From: Crocinitomicaceae bacterium
Lineage (GTDB): Bacteria > Bacteroidota > Bacteroidia > Flavobacteriales_D > Crocinitomicaceae
NCBI GenBank assembly: GCA_017984635.1
Contig: JAGNZC010000007.1
Span: 6,102 to 70,101, forward strand
Length of the DNA stretch: 64,000 bases
Direction of reading: 5' to 3'
A program made the translations under genes and the position numbers. Below, one piece after another: positions 9,966-19,731 of the stretch. The notes below the pieces were generated by a model. The model searched no databases and was not told the DNA's origin. It worked only from the letters and a program-made list of their open reading frames with translations. The first letter of the stretch is position 1. Every line of letters starts with the position of its first letter.

Positions 9966-10706
9966 TTATTTTTTAACTTTCATTGTTGTATCAGCAACTA
10001 CCGCTGCTGACATTCCACTTGCATCAAATGTACCGTAACTTGAGTTTTGGAATTTTCTAACATAGTGAACCAATGTCCAAATTTCTTTTTTATTCAATTG
10101 AGATGCATGTGAACCCATTGCTCCTTTTCCGTAATAAATTGAATAGAAAATTTGTCCATCACCTAATGCTGCTCTATCCGCATAATTTGGAACACCAGCA
10201 TAAGCACCTGAAACAACCATTGGTCCATTTCCATCTCCTTTTTCACCGTGACAATGCTGACACATCGCTGTATATAATTCTTTACCACTTTTTAAGATAG
10301 CTTCCGAATTATCTTTTGTCAATTTTAATGGATTAACATCTGCAGCTGCAAGTGTGTATTCATCAGATAATGCTAAATCAGCTCCATACAAACCATGTGT
10401 TTCTCTGAAAGAGATGTTTGCTTTTCTAAAATATGGTAACATCAATTGAACCAATGAAGAATCTGTTCCATAATAAGGTACAGTTCCTGCTGGTGGAACT
10501 AATGCTGACATACGTAACTTCATAGCCATGTTTTCTCTTCCACGAACTTCACCATAATCTACATATACTTCAATTGCAGGAGAACGATACATGTCTGGCA
10601 TGTATTCTAAACCTGGGCTATCTGCATCAGCCGTACAAGATCCCAACATCAATGTTGAAACTGCCAAAACTGCCAAACTTGCTAGTGCCGTAAATTTAAT
10701 TTTCAT
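9966..10706 (-). CDS. actE: alternative complex III monoheme cytochrome c subunit ActE
   Basis: 246 aa. Lipoprotein-type signal (LMLGSC) and a single heme-c motif CQHCH. Confidence 0.8.
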   Translation of the reverse strand: MKIKFTALASLAVLAVSTLMLGSCTADADSPGLEYMPDMYRSPAIEVYVDYGEVRGRENMAMKLRMSALVPPAGTVPYYGTDSSLVQLMLPYFRKANISFRETHGLYGADLALSDEYTLAAADVNPLKLTKDNSEAILKSGKELYTAMCQHCHGEKGDGNGPMVVSGAYAGVPNYADRAALGDGQIFYSIYYGKGAMGSHASQLNKKEIWTLVHYVRKFQNSSYGTFDASGMSAAVVADTTMKVKK

Positions 10707-10762
10707 CTGTCTATCTTATTTATTGTGTCAGACGGAGTACCTAATAGGTACTTCATAGCAAA

Positions 10763-11299
10763 CTATTTAATATCTTTTTGATCTAATTCAATTATACCTG
10801 TTTCTTTTAACATTTTCTCCAAATCTTCTTGGTTGAATGTTGTGTTTTCAGATAAACGTATTTCCATGACAAATTTATCATCTGTAGTACGTGGATCTGG
10901 GTTCTGTGCAGGCATACCTGGAAGTGTTTTATTACGTAATAAATAAGTAATAGCCATTCCGTGTGCAGCACATAAAACAGTAAACTCAAATGTAATTGGA
11001 ACAAACGCTAACATGTTATCTAAATAACTAAAGTTAGGTTTACCACCAATATTCATTGGCCAATCTGTAACCATAAAGAAACGCATTCCAATTGTAGCTA
11101 ACAATAAACCTGTTAAACCATATAAAAATGCCATAATTCCTAAACGTGTATTTTTTATTCCAATAATTGGATCAATTCCATGAATTGGAAATGGAGAAAA
11201 TACTTCTGAAATTTTTACACCATTTGCGACTAATTTCTTTGCACCATCTTTTAGTACATCGTCATCGTCATACATTGCATATATTACTTTATCTGTCAT
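10763..11299 (-). CDS. actD: alternative complex III subunit ActD
   Basis: 178 aa with a soluble N-terminal part and two TM helices. Sits between actC and actE as in known act clusters. Confidence 0.75.
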   Translation of the reverse strand: MTDKVIYAMYDDDDVLKDGAKKLVANGVKISEVFSPFPIHGIDPIIGIKNTRLGIMAFLYGLTGLLLATIGMRFFMVTDWPMNIGGKPNFSYLDNMLAFVPITFEFTVLCAAHGMAITYLLRNKTLPGMPAQNPDPRTTDDKFVMEIRLSENTTFNQEDLEKMLKETGIIELDQKDIK

Positions 11300-11310
11300 G
11301 TCGTATTGTA

Positions 11311-12717
11311 TTAGTGTGAATGACTTTCTTCGTTGTGACCATGTGTATCTGGAGCATTTTTATATGATTCTCCAGATGACTTCAATATTGTTTTTACTTC
11401 ATTCAATGCTAATACTGGGAAGTATCGAGCAAATAATAAGAAGAAAACAAAGAATAAACCAATTGTACCTACATAAACACCAAGGTCAATATGACTTGGG
11501 TAATGCATACTCCAAGCAGATGGTAAATAATCTCTGTGCAATGATGTTACGATAATTACATAACGCTCAAACCACATACCGATATTTACTACAATTGAGA
11601 TAATAAATGTAAACAACAAACTTCTTCTTAATGGTCTAAACCACATTAATTGAGGAGAAATTACGTTACATGTCATCATTGCCCAATATGCCCACCAATA
11701 TGGACCAGTAGCACGATTGATAAATGCATATGCTTCATATTCAACTCCTGAATACCAAGAAATGAATAACTCAGTAATATATGCTGTACCAACAATCGAA
11801 CCTGTAACCATGATTACAATGTTCATGTATTCTACGTGGCGTGTATGAATGTATGCTTCCAATCCCATCGCTTTACGCATCACCAACATCAATGTTTGTA
11901 CCATGGCAAAACCTGAGAATACCGCTCCTGCTACGAAGTAAGGAGGAAAAATCGTCGTGTGCCATCCTGGTATAACTGATGTAGCAAAGTCAAATGATAC
12001 AATCGAGTGAACCGAGAATACCAATGGTGTAGCTAAACCTGCTAAAACCAATGAAACTAATTCAAATCGATTCCAGTGTTTTGCTCTACCTGACCAACCA
12101 AAAGAAAGGATAGAATACATTTTTTTAGCAACTGGCTTTTTAGCTCTATCACGGATTGTTGCGAAATCAGGAATCAAACCAATGTACCAGAATACTAAAG
12201 AAACTGATAAATAAGTTGAAATCGCGAAAACGTCCCACAACAAAGGAGAATTAAAGTTCACCCACAAAGATCCAAATTGATTTGGCAAAGGTAATGTCCA
12301 GTATCCAACCCATAAACGACCCATGTGAATCAATGGAAACAATCCAGCCATAAATACAGCGAAAATTGTCATTGCTTCAGCTGATCGGTTAATCGCCATT
12401 CTCCATTTTTGACGGAACAATAAAAGTACTGCTGAAATTAAGGTTCCGGCGTGACCAATACCTACCCACCATACGAAGTTGGTAATATCCCAAGCCCAAC
12501 CTACGGTCTTGTTCAATCCCCAAACACCAATACCAGTGCCTAATAAGTATAAAATACTTCCAACACCATATAATCCGATAATCAATGCGATACCGAAAAG
12601 AATGTACCACATTCTTGGTGCTTTGTCCTCAATTGGTTTACAAACATCTTCTGTGATGTCGTGGTAGGTCTTATGACCTAAAATGAGGGGTTCTCGAATT
12701 GCTGCTTCCTTATGCAT
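11311..12717 (-). CDS. actC: alternative complex III quinol-interacting membrane subunit ActC (NrfD/PsrC family)
   Basis: 468 aa, about 10 TM helices, NrfD-like. Immediately downstream of actB. Confidence 0.9.
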   Translation of the reverse strand: MHKEAAIREPLILGHKTYHDITEDVCKPIEDKAPRMWYILFGIALIIGLYGVGSILYLLGTGIGVWGLNKTVGWAWDITNFVWWVGIGHAGTLISAVLLLFRQKWRMAINRSAEAMTIFAVFMAGLFPLIHMGRLWVGYWTLPLPNQFGSLWVNFNSPLLWDVFAISTYLSVSLVFWYIGLIPDFATIRDRAKKPVAKKMYSILSFGWSGRAKHWNRFELVSLVLAGLATPLVFSVHSIVSFDFATSVIPGWHTTIFPPYFVAGAVFSGFAMVQTLMLVMRKAMGLEAYIHTRHVEYMNIVIMVTGSIVGTAYITELFISWYSGVEYEAYAFINRATGPYWWAYWAMMTCNVISPQLMWFRPLRRSLLFTFIISIVVNIGMWFERYVIIVTSLHRDYLPSAWSMHYPSHIDLGVYVGTIGLFFVFFLLFARYFPVLALNEVKTILKSSGESYKNAPDTHGHNEESHSH

Positions 12718-12737
12718 TACAATTGTTTTTTAATCTA

Positions 12738-15700
12738 TTAATGATTCTTTTTATCTGAATGACCTTTAGCGTGGTGTTTAACTTGTAAACCTGCTAATGC
12801 ATCATTTTTCTCATTACGTACTTTCACTTTGTACCAAACGTTTGGTTTAACGCCCACTTCTTCTAAAGCTTGGTAAGCTCTTGAATCTTCTGAACTTGTT
12901 CTAACCATTGATTTGATATCATTCCAGTCACCAACTACAATTGCGTTTGTTGGACATGCATCAGCACATGCAGAAACGAAATCTCCATCTTCTACTGGTC
13001 TACCGTCTTTTTTAGCGACTAATTTACCTGCTTGGATACGTTGAACACAGAATGAACATTTTTCCATAACACCTCTTGTACGAACTGTTACGTCTGGATT
13101 TAATACCATTCTTCCTAAGTCATCTTGCGCTGGATTCACTTCTGTGAATTTTTTGTAAGATGGGTAGTTGAACCAGTTAAATCTTCTTACTTTATAAGGA
13201 CAGTTGTTTGCACAGTAACGTGTACCAATACATCTGTTGTAAGCCATTTGGTTTAATCCTTCATTACTGTGTGTTGTAGCAGCAACTGGACAAACTGTTT
13301 CACATGGTGCGTGATTACAATGGTGACACATCATTGGCATGTGAATCACTTTTGGATTCTCTGCAGCAACTTCAGCTTTACCATAATCAAATGTTTCAGC
13401 ATCATTACGTGTACCTGGCGTCGCTTCTTCATCAGATGCAAAATAACGGTCAATTCTTAACCAATGCATCTCACGTCCTCTTCTTACTTCATCTTTACCA
13501 ACAACTGGAACGTTATTTTCAGATTGACAAGCAATTAAACAAGATCCACAACCGATACAAGATGATAAATCTACAGTCATTCCCCAACGGTGACCAATTT
13601 TCTCTACTGGATGTGCATCCCATAAATCAAATTCACTGATTGGTTTTTCAACGTGATTTCCTTCTTTGTCTAATTTTTGTAAAACATGTGCAGGATTGTA
13701 TGCTTCTTTGTCATTGTTTTTGAAGATATCCAATGTTGTTTCACGAACAATTGAATGACGACCCATCACCGTATGATGAATTTGTGTCGCAGCAATTGGA
13801 TACGTACCATCAACTTTCGTAATAGAACCAGCAGCTGAATAAGCCATTGTTCCATTTGTTGAATTTACAAAAACAAATGCATTCGCACCAATTGGTTTTA
13901 AAGCACCTGATTCAGTTGTATCGTGTCCACCGTATTCCTTAGTTTGGAATGCTGCTTTACCAATATTTTCTCCGTTTTCACCTCTTCCATATCCAACAGC
14001 GATTCCGATCGTTCCGATTGCTTGACCTGGTAAAGGATAAACTGGTAATGTAACTTCAGAATTTCCAACTTTAACTTTCGCTAAACTTAATCCGTGTTCT
14101 TGGTCATAAGTGGTTGCGTAACCAGCTTTTTCCATTTCAACAGGATTCATTGTAATGTAATTATCCCAAGTCACTTTAGTCATTGGATCTGGTAACTCTT
14201 GCAACCAAGGGTTATTTGCTTGCAAACCAATTCCAATACCCGCTTTTTGGTACAAAACAACCTCTAATCCGCTTACATTTGCAATTTTAGAGGCGATACC
14301 TGCTAATGCTGCATCATTAAATGGAGTTGCAACAATTGGTTGCATCATGTTTGAATCAACACAGCTGTTGTGGATTGCCATATTCCAATATGTATGGAAA
14401 TCAGCATATTTTGTTTGTGTAGGGAAACCATAAAGCTCCCACGTTTTTTTAATGTAATCGTACGTTACTTTAGAGTCTTTACCACCACGTGTTGCTTTTC
14501 CTGACCATACTAATAAAGATTCAGTTGCTGAAGCAGTATTAAATAATGGACGAATTGTTGGTTGTGCAATTGCGTAATGTGAACCTACCGCATTGAAATC
14601 ATTCCATGACTCTAACGCATGATGATCAGGAGCGACAAAAGAACAGTTAGAAGCAGTTTCATCTGCATGTGATGCAAATGAAATTGTTGTATCAATATTT
14701 TTTAATGCCGCACCAAATGCTTTTCCATTTGCAAGTGAATAAACAGGATTAGTACCCATAAAGATTACTGCATCAGGACCTTTACCAGCAATTACATCTG
14801 CCACAAACTTATTCATTTTCGCATCTTCTGATTTGAAAAGATTAATTGGGTTTTGTACTGATAAAGTAGCGTTGTATGCTCCTAAAACTGTATTTAATTT
14901 ACAAACTAAAAGTTGTACAAATTTATCATTTGAATCAGATACAATTAAAGAATCTGCTTTCGTTGCTTTCAATGATTTAATTGCTTCATCTGCAACTGCT
15001 TTGTTAGCTTTAGATAAATCTGAAGAAATTCCAGTTGAAACGCCAAAACCTTTCAATAAGTATGCTAATACAGCTGCTTGCTCTGAAGGTTTAATCATTC
15101 CTCTGTAATCAGCATTTGACCCAGTAACAGACATTACAGATTCAAATTGGAAATGTTTAGACATCCATTCTCCAGCAGGATTTCTTCTCGTACCGTATTG
15201 CGTTGCAAACTGAGTTGGCATCAACCATGAACTTAAGAAATCAGCGCCAATACTAACGATCGTTTTTGCTTTACTAAAATCGTGAGATGGAATAACATTT
15301 ACACCATATGCAGCTTCATGAGCTAAACGAATTCCAGCATAAGAAATCGCATCGTATTGAATGTGTTCAAATTTAGCTGGATTTTCAGTTGCACCTAAAG
15401 AAGTTGCTAATTCTCCAATTGCCATAGCAGTTGAAGGACTAATAATTGTATTAGAAACTAAAACAACTTTCTTAGCTGCCTTTAATTTTCCTTTCACACT
15501 TGTATCAATTGCTGACCAAGTTGTGTCGTTTCCTTTATTTGTAGGATTCTGTAAACGAGCTGCGTCGTACAAGCCTAAAACAGATGCAATAATTTGTGCA
15601 TTCGATCCACCATTTGTAATACCAAAATCTTTATTTCCTTTGATATAAATTGGACGACCTTCTCTTGTTTTAACTAAGATACTTGCATACGATACACCAT

Positions 15701-15998
15701 CATAGTAAGTTGAAGCATACCATGTTGGCATACCTGGCGTTACATTTTCAGGTTTGTTTACATAAGGTATTGCTTTTGTAACTGGAGCTTCACAAGCTGC
15801 TACTGTTGCTGCTGCGACACTGAATCCTAAAAACTTTAAGAAATCACGACGCGCTGTCGATGATTCTTTTAAGTTTTCATCTCCTAAGAATTCTTCAACT
15901 GACATTTGAGTCGGGAACTCCTGTTCTTTTGAGTTCAGGAATTCTGGAGTTTCTCTTAATTCCTCAAGACCTTTCCAATATTTTCTTGTCATTCCCAT
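12738..15998 (-). CDS. actB: alternative complex III subunit ActB (fused molybdopterin-oxidoreductase-like and Fe-S domains)
   Basis: 1086 aa. Twin-arginine signal (TARRDFLKFLGF) and an N-terminal molybdopterin-oxidoreductase-like half. The C-terminal ferredoxin half carries Cys clusters CIGCGSCLIACQSEN, CHHCNHAPCETVCP, CIGTRYCANNCPY and CSFCVQR. Confidence 0.9.
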   Translation of the reverse strand: MGMTRKYWKGLEELRETPEFLNSKEQEFPTQMSVEEFLGDENLKESSTARRDFLKFLGFSVAAATVAACEAPVTKAIPYVNKPENVTPGMPTWYASTYYDGVSYASILVKTREGRPIYIKGNKDFGITNGGSNAQIIASVLGLYDAARLQNPTNKGNDTTWSAIDTSVKGKLKAAKKVVLVSNTIISPSTAMAIGELATSLGATENPAKFEHIQYDAISYAGIRLAHEAAYGVNVIPSHDFSKAKTIVSIGADFLSSWLMPTQFATQYGTRRNPAGEWMSKHFQFESVMSVTGSNADYRGMIKPSEQAAVLAYLLKGFGVSTGISSDLSKANKAVADEAIKSLKATKADSLIVSDSNDKFVQLLVCKLNTVLGAYNATLSVQNPINLFKSEDAKMNKFVADVIAGKGPDAVIFMGTNPVYSLANGKAFGAALKNIDTTISFASHADETASNCSFVAPDHHALESWNDFNAVGSHYAIAQPTIRPLFNTASATESLLVWSGKATRGGKDSKVTYDYIKKTWELYGFPTQTKYADFHTYWNMAIHNSCVDSNMMQPIVATPFNDAALAGIASKIANVSGLEVVLYQKAGIGIGLQANNPWLQELPDPMTKVTWDNYITMNPVEMEKAGYATTYDQEHGLSLAKVKVGNSEVTLPVYPLPGQAIGTIGIAVGYGRGENGENIGKAAFQTKEYGGHDTTESGALKPIGANAFVFVNSTNGTMAYSAAGSITKVDGTYPIAATQIHHTVMGRHSIVRETTLDIFKNNDKEAYNPAHVLQKLDKEGNHVEKPISEFDLWDAHPVEKIGHRWGMTVDLSSCIGCGSCLIACQSENNVPVVGKDEVRRGREMHWLRIDRYFASDEEATPGTRNDAETFDYGKAEVAAENPKVIHMPMMCHHCNHAPCETVCPVAATTHSNEGLNQMAYNRCIGTRYCANNCPYKVRRFNWFNYPSYKKFTEVNPAQDDLGRMVLNPDVTVRTRGVMEKCSFCVQRIQAGKLVAKKDGRPVEDGDFVSACADACPTNAIVVGDWNDIKSMVRTSSEDSRAYQALEEVGVKPNVWYKVKVRNEKNDALAGLQVKHHAKGHSDKKNH

Positions 15999-16028
15999 AA
16001 TGCTTAATTCGACTTCTTCAATTCGTTA

Positions 16029-17393
16029 TTAATAGTGACATTTTGCACATTCCCAACCACCTAATTCACTTACAGTAACTTTACCGTCTTTTAAGTATTT
16101 ACTGTATAATTTTTTGTCATTATTCAATAAACGTCTGTGAATTTCTTGGTAGTAACCATCTTTCTTAGTATCAGCAATTGAACCAGTAGAGATTTCTTTT
16201 TCTCCGTGGCACTCAATACACCAACCCATTGTTAAGGTAGGTTTTGTTAAAGGAATGTTTCCTTCAATTTTGTTTAATTCAGCAACAGTTTGAACTTTTA
16301 CCGCTTCAACTTGCTTTGTCATATCTCCGTGACATTGTTTACAATCAACACCACCAACTACAACGTGTTGCGAGTGATTAAAGTAAACGTGATCTGGTAG
16401 AACGTGAACTTTGTTCCAAATAATTGGTTTTACTTTACCTGTGTATTTACCAGCTCCTTCAGGATTCCATCCAGCAGCTTCGTAAATCTTAGCAATTTGT
16501 TCTTGTTGAGCAGGAGTTCTACCATTTACTTGTTTGTGACAGTTCATACAAACGTTTACTGTTGGAAGACCAGCAGATTTAGATTTTGTAACTGAATTGT
16601 GACAATATTTACAATCGATTCCATTCGTTCCTGTATGGATTGCGTGTGGAAATGCAATTGGCTGAGATGGTTGATATTCTTCCACAACACCAATACTATA
16701 TAAACTTAAGAACAAAGTTACAATAGCACCAATTACAATAACCAATGAAACCATTCCTACATATTTACGGTATTTCCAAGCCCAAGTCTTGAATTCCTCC
16801 ATGTAAGTTTTACCTTCATGTGTGTCTTCACCAGCATCTTCTGCAGAAGCAATTTTCAACTGTCTTCTAACACCACTAACTGCCATAATGATTGTTGCAA
16901 AAACAACACCCATTAAAATCCAAACCCAACCATTAGAAGATTCCTCTTCTTCAGTTGCCATCGAATCAGTTGCAGCAGCATCTCCTGCCGCTCCATCTTT
17001 CGCATCAGCTCCTGGTTCAGGCTGTGAATCAACCCAGTCAAGAATAGCATCAACATCTTCCTTCTTTAATTCAGGAAATGCTTGCATTGCAGTTGGAGAC
17101 CAAGCAGAAACTGTTTGAGCATACGGATCATTCGCAGCTGCAGTTTGCCAATTGTTTACCCATTGGTAGATTGAACCATCTTTGGCTCCTCCGTCCGCCC
17201 ATTTCTGGCGCACTTGGAACAATTTAGGTCCAGTACCATTTTTGTGGGGTTGGTGACAGCTAGCACATTTCGCTTTGAAAAGTCCATCACCTTGCGCATA
17301 CGTTGTAGATATTCCAGCAGCAATTACAATTGCTAGCGCGCTAAAATACCAATTTCTAAATTTTCTAAACATCTGACTACTAGATATTTTCAT
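16029..17393 (-). CDS. actA: alternative complex III multiheme cytochrome c subunit ActA
   Basis: 454 aa. Six CxxCH motifs (CASCH, CKYCH, CMNCH, CKQCH, CIECH, CAKCH) and one TM helix after an acidic linker. First gene of the act cluster. Confidence 0.85.
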   Translation of the reverse strand: MKISSSQMFRKFRNWYFSALAIVIAAGISTTYAQGDGLFKAKCASCHQPHKNGTGPKLFQVRQKWADGGAKDGSIYQWVNNWQTAAANDPYAQTVSAWSPTAMQAFPELKKEDVDAILDWVDSQPEPGADAKDGAAGDAAATDSMATEEEESSNGWVWILMGVVFATIIMAVSGVRRQLKIASAEDAGEDTHEGKTYMEEFKTWAWKYRKYVGMVSLVIVIGAIVTLFLSLYSIGVVEEYQPSQPIAFPHAIHTGTNGIDCKYCHNSVTKSKSAGLPTVNVCMNCHKQVNGRTPAQQEQIAKIYEAAGWNPEGAGKYTGKVKPIIWNKVHVLPDHVYFNHSQHVVVGGVDCKQCHGDMTKQVEAVKVQTVAELNKIEGNIPLTKPTLTMGWCIECHGEKEISTGSIADTKKDGYYQEIHRRLLNNDKKLYSKYLKDGKVTVSELGGWECAKCHY

Positions 17394-17440
17394 GTAAAAA
17401 ACTGTAAGTCTACCGTCAAAAAACTATTATTTGACGTTCG

Positions 17441-17448
17441 CAAATTTA
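17441..17448 (-). promoter_or_regulatory. candidate -7 promoter box (TAAATTTG) for the act-cta operon
   Basis: Reverse strand TAAATTTG matches TAnnTTTG, 47 nt upstream of the actA ATG. Confidence 0.4.
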
Positions 17449-17457
17449 GAAGAATAG

Positions 17458-17472
17458 TGTCATTTCGTGACA
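17458..17472. promoter_or_regulatory. perfect palindrome TGTCA-N5-TGACA upstream of the act-cta -7 box
   Basis: TGTCATTTCGTGACA lies 9 nt upstream of the -7 box, so it covers the expected -33 region. This makes it a candidate operator. Confidence 0.25.
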
Positions 17473-17673
17473 GTTTTATGACAATATTAATGAAATTTTA
17501 GTTAATTTAAATTGATTCTAAATAAGCTATAAGATTCAAATCTTCCTTTTTTTGAATTTACATTATTTTAAACTATTGAAAACCAATAAATATTCAATTA
17601 TTAACTTACAAATTAAATTAGATATTATTAAATTGAATTTTTTTAATTGGATATTTTACAACTAAAAAAAAGA

Positions 17674-17681
17674 TACCTTTG
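17674..17681 (+). promoter_or_regulatory. candidate -7 promoter box (TACCTTTG)
   Basis: Matches TAnnTTTG, 16 nt upstream of the ATG at 17698. Confidence 0.4.
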
Positions 17682-17697
17682 ATAAAAAATTAAAAGT

Positions 17698-18102
17698 ATG
17701 CGTAGTTATCTATTTATCGTTTTTTTTATCACCTATAACATGACTGGCTTTTGTCAATCAGAAAATATTAAAATTATAAAAGATCAACGAATAGATGGAT
17801 TGGTTTCCAAACAAAGTGTTGTGATTCCACCAGCAACATCTCCTCAAATGTCAGGCTACAGAATACAATTATTTTTTGACAACGATCGTAAATTATTGGA
17901 TGAAGCCCGTTCAAAATTCATCAGCCTATATCCAAAAATTGATACGTATGTTATTTATAATGCACCCAATTATTTTTTGAAAGTGGGTGACTTCAGAACA
18001 ATGCTAGAAGCAGAACGGATAAAAAGCACCCTGTTTAGAGAATTTCCAACTTGTTTTATTACAAAAGAACTGATTAATCTTCCGAGAATCGATCAAGACT
18101 AA
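17698..18102 (+). CDS. SPOR domain-containing protein
   Basis: 134 aa with a signal peptide. The C-terminal ~75 aa (GYRIQLFFDNDRKLLDEARSKF...YFLKVGDFRTMLEAERIKSTL) fit the SPOR peptidoglycan-binding repeat. Confidence 0.75.
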   Translation: MRSYLFIVFFITYNMTGFCQSENIKIIKDQRIDGLVSKQSVVIPPATSPQMSGYRIQLFFDNDRKLLDEARSKFISLYPKIDTYVIYNAPNYFLKVGDFRTMLEAERIKSTLFREFPTCFITKELINLPRIDQD

Positions 18103-19274
18103 TTAACCGAACTCAGGTTAATAATAGATTCAGCTGCAGCATATCCTGAAGAAACAGCACCTTGTATTAAGTAACCTCCTGTTGGGGCATCCCAATTCAA
18201 CATTTCTCCAATACAATAGACAGAAGGGTAATTGATGCATTGAAATTGATTGTTTATTTCATTCATGTCTACACCACCAACAGTTGAGATGACCTCATCA
18301 ATTGGGCGAAATCCGGCAACAGATAACGGGAAATTTTTTACTCGGTTTACAACAGTCTTAACATCTAAGTATTCTTCTCGTGTTGCAATTGATGCTTTTA
18401 TCATGCTCAATACTGACTTCGGCAATTTTAAATTTTTCAAACCTTCTGTTGTATTTTTAGATGCTTGAATTTTACCTAACACTTCGTTAAACGTTAACAT
18501 TGGTTTAAAATCTATAAACGTTTTCAATCCATCCCGAATCGATTTGTTGACATTGTAAATTGGAGCGCCTTCTAATCCGTATTTTGTTATAACCAGATCA
18601 CCTTCTTTACGAACGACCTTTGAAAAAACAGCACAATTTTTTATTATTTCTCCTTCAAATTCTTTTATACCATCAAAATCATCAAGCACTATTCCACTAT
18701 TGCTTGCTTGAAAAGGCAAACACGCAATTGATTTAGATTGAAAAAGGGATTGCCATTTCCCATCTGAACCAGTTTTTTCCCAAGATGCTCCACCTAACGC
18801 AAAAATAAAGACATCGAAATGATGTGTTGTATTGTTCTGAAATTGTAGGGTTAATTGTAACGGATCAAAATCGATTAATTGATGATCAAAATAAAATTCA
18901 GCACCCTTTTCTATTAATTCGTTCAGCCAATTTTGCAGTACTTCAATTGGTTTAATTCCTCTTTCAGGAAAAATTTTACCAGAACTCCCGACATAAGTTG
19001 GAATTCCGATTTTATTTAAAAAGGCAATGAAATCTTCATTTGTATACTTTTTTACTGCATTCTTCATGAAATCATGATCGTATTTTTCAATAAAATCGAT
19101 ACATCCTTCTGAATTTGTCAAATTGAAACCACCATTACCAGCAACTAAAAACTTCCGAGCCGCAGCTTTTTTCTGATCGAAAAATTGTACTGAATAACCT
19201 TCTGCTAAGAGTTTTGTTCCTGCCATTAATGCAGCTGGTCCAGTACCAACAATTCCGATTTTTTTGATTTCCAT
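18099..19274 (-). CDS. NAD(P)/FAD-dependent oxidoreductase, HI0933/BaiN-like flavoprotein
   Basis: 391 aa. N-terminal dinucleotide fold IGIVGTGPAALMAG and C-terminal GEMLNWDAPTGGYLIQGAVSSG, typical of this family. Confidence 0.8.
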   Translation of the reverse strand: MEIKKIGIVGTGPAALMAGTKLLAEGYSVQFFDQKKAAARKFLVAGNGGFNLTNSEGCIDFIEKYDHDFMKNAVKKYTNEDFIAFLNKIGIPTYVGSSGKIFPERGIKPIEVLQNWLNELIEKGAEFYFDHQLIDFDPLQLTLQFQNNTTHHFDVFIFALGGASWEKTGSDGKWQSLFQSKSIACLPFQASNSGIVLDDFDGIKEFEGEIIKNCAVFSKVVRKEGDLVITKYGLEGAPIYNVNKSIRDGLKTFIDFKPMLTFNEVLGKIQASKNTTEGLKNLKLPKSVLSMIKASIATREEYLDVKTVVNRVKNFPLSVAGFRPIDEVISTVGGVDMNEINNQFQCINYPSVYCIGEMLNWDAPTGGYLIQGAVSSGYAAAESIINLSSVN

Positions 19275-19319
19275 GGCTCAAAATTAATCAGAAGTTTCGC
19301 TTTTCGTGTATGGTATTGA

Positions 19320-19327
19320 TATATTTG
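19320..19327 (+). promoter_or_regulatory. candidate -7 promoter box (TATATTTG) for rnpA
   Basis: Matches TAnnTTTG and ends 4 nt before the ATG at 19332. Confidence 0.4.
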
Positions 19328-19331
19328 CACT

Positions 19332-19721
19332 ATGAATGAAAATTTTGGAAAAGAATACAAGCTGTGTAGTCAAAAATTGATAGGTTCTATTTTTGAAACA
19401 AAACAGGGCGTAAAATCCTATCCGTTTATTTTACATTATAAAGAAATGGAGCTTCCAGTTCATGGCCCATTCCAATTCGTTTTTTCAGTTCCGAAAAGAA
19501 ATTTCAAGAAAGCACATGATCGAAATAAGATCAAACGGCAAATGAAAGAAATCATTCGCAAGAATAAATCAGAATTAGAGACGTTACTGATAAAGCAACA
19601 ACAACAATATGGTTTGTTTATAATATTTTCTGCGCGAGAAACAATCGAATTTAGCCTCATGTCAAAAAAAATGACTCAATTACTAGATAAATTAACCATT
19701 GAATTAACCACTAAAAATTAA
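19332..19721 (+). CDS. rnpA: ribonuclease P protein component
   Basis: 129 aa and basic. KLCSQKLIGSIF... and FSVPKRNFKKAHDRNKIKRQMKEIIR fit the RnpA pattern. Confidence 0.8.
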   Translation: MNENFGKEYKLCSQKLIGSIFETKQGVKSYPFILHYKEMELPVHGPFQFVFSVPKRNFKKAHDRNKIKRQMKEIIRKNKSELETLLIKQQQQYGLFIIFSARETIEFSLMSKKMTQLLDKLTIELTTKN

Positions 19722-19731
19722 CACGATTACT

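Noticed and set aside
12738-15998. Interpreting the 1086-aa Tat-signal molybdopterin-type protein as a polysulfide, nitrate or formate oxidoreductase
   Set aside because: Its gene context (multiheme ActA upstream; NrfD-like ActC, ActD, ActE and ActF, then the oxidase genes, downstream) is that of alternative complex III. In ACIII this subunit is not known to act as a substrate-reducing molybdoenzyme.
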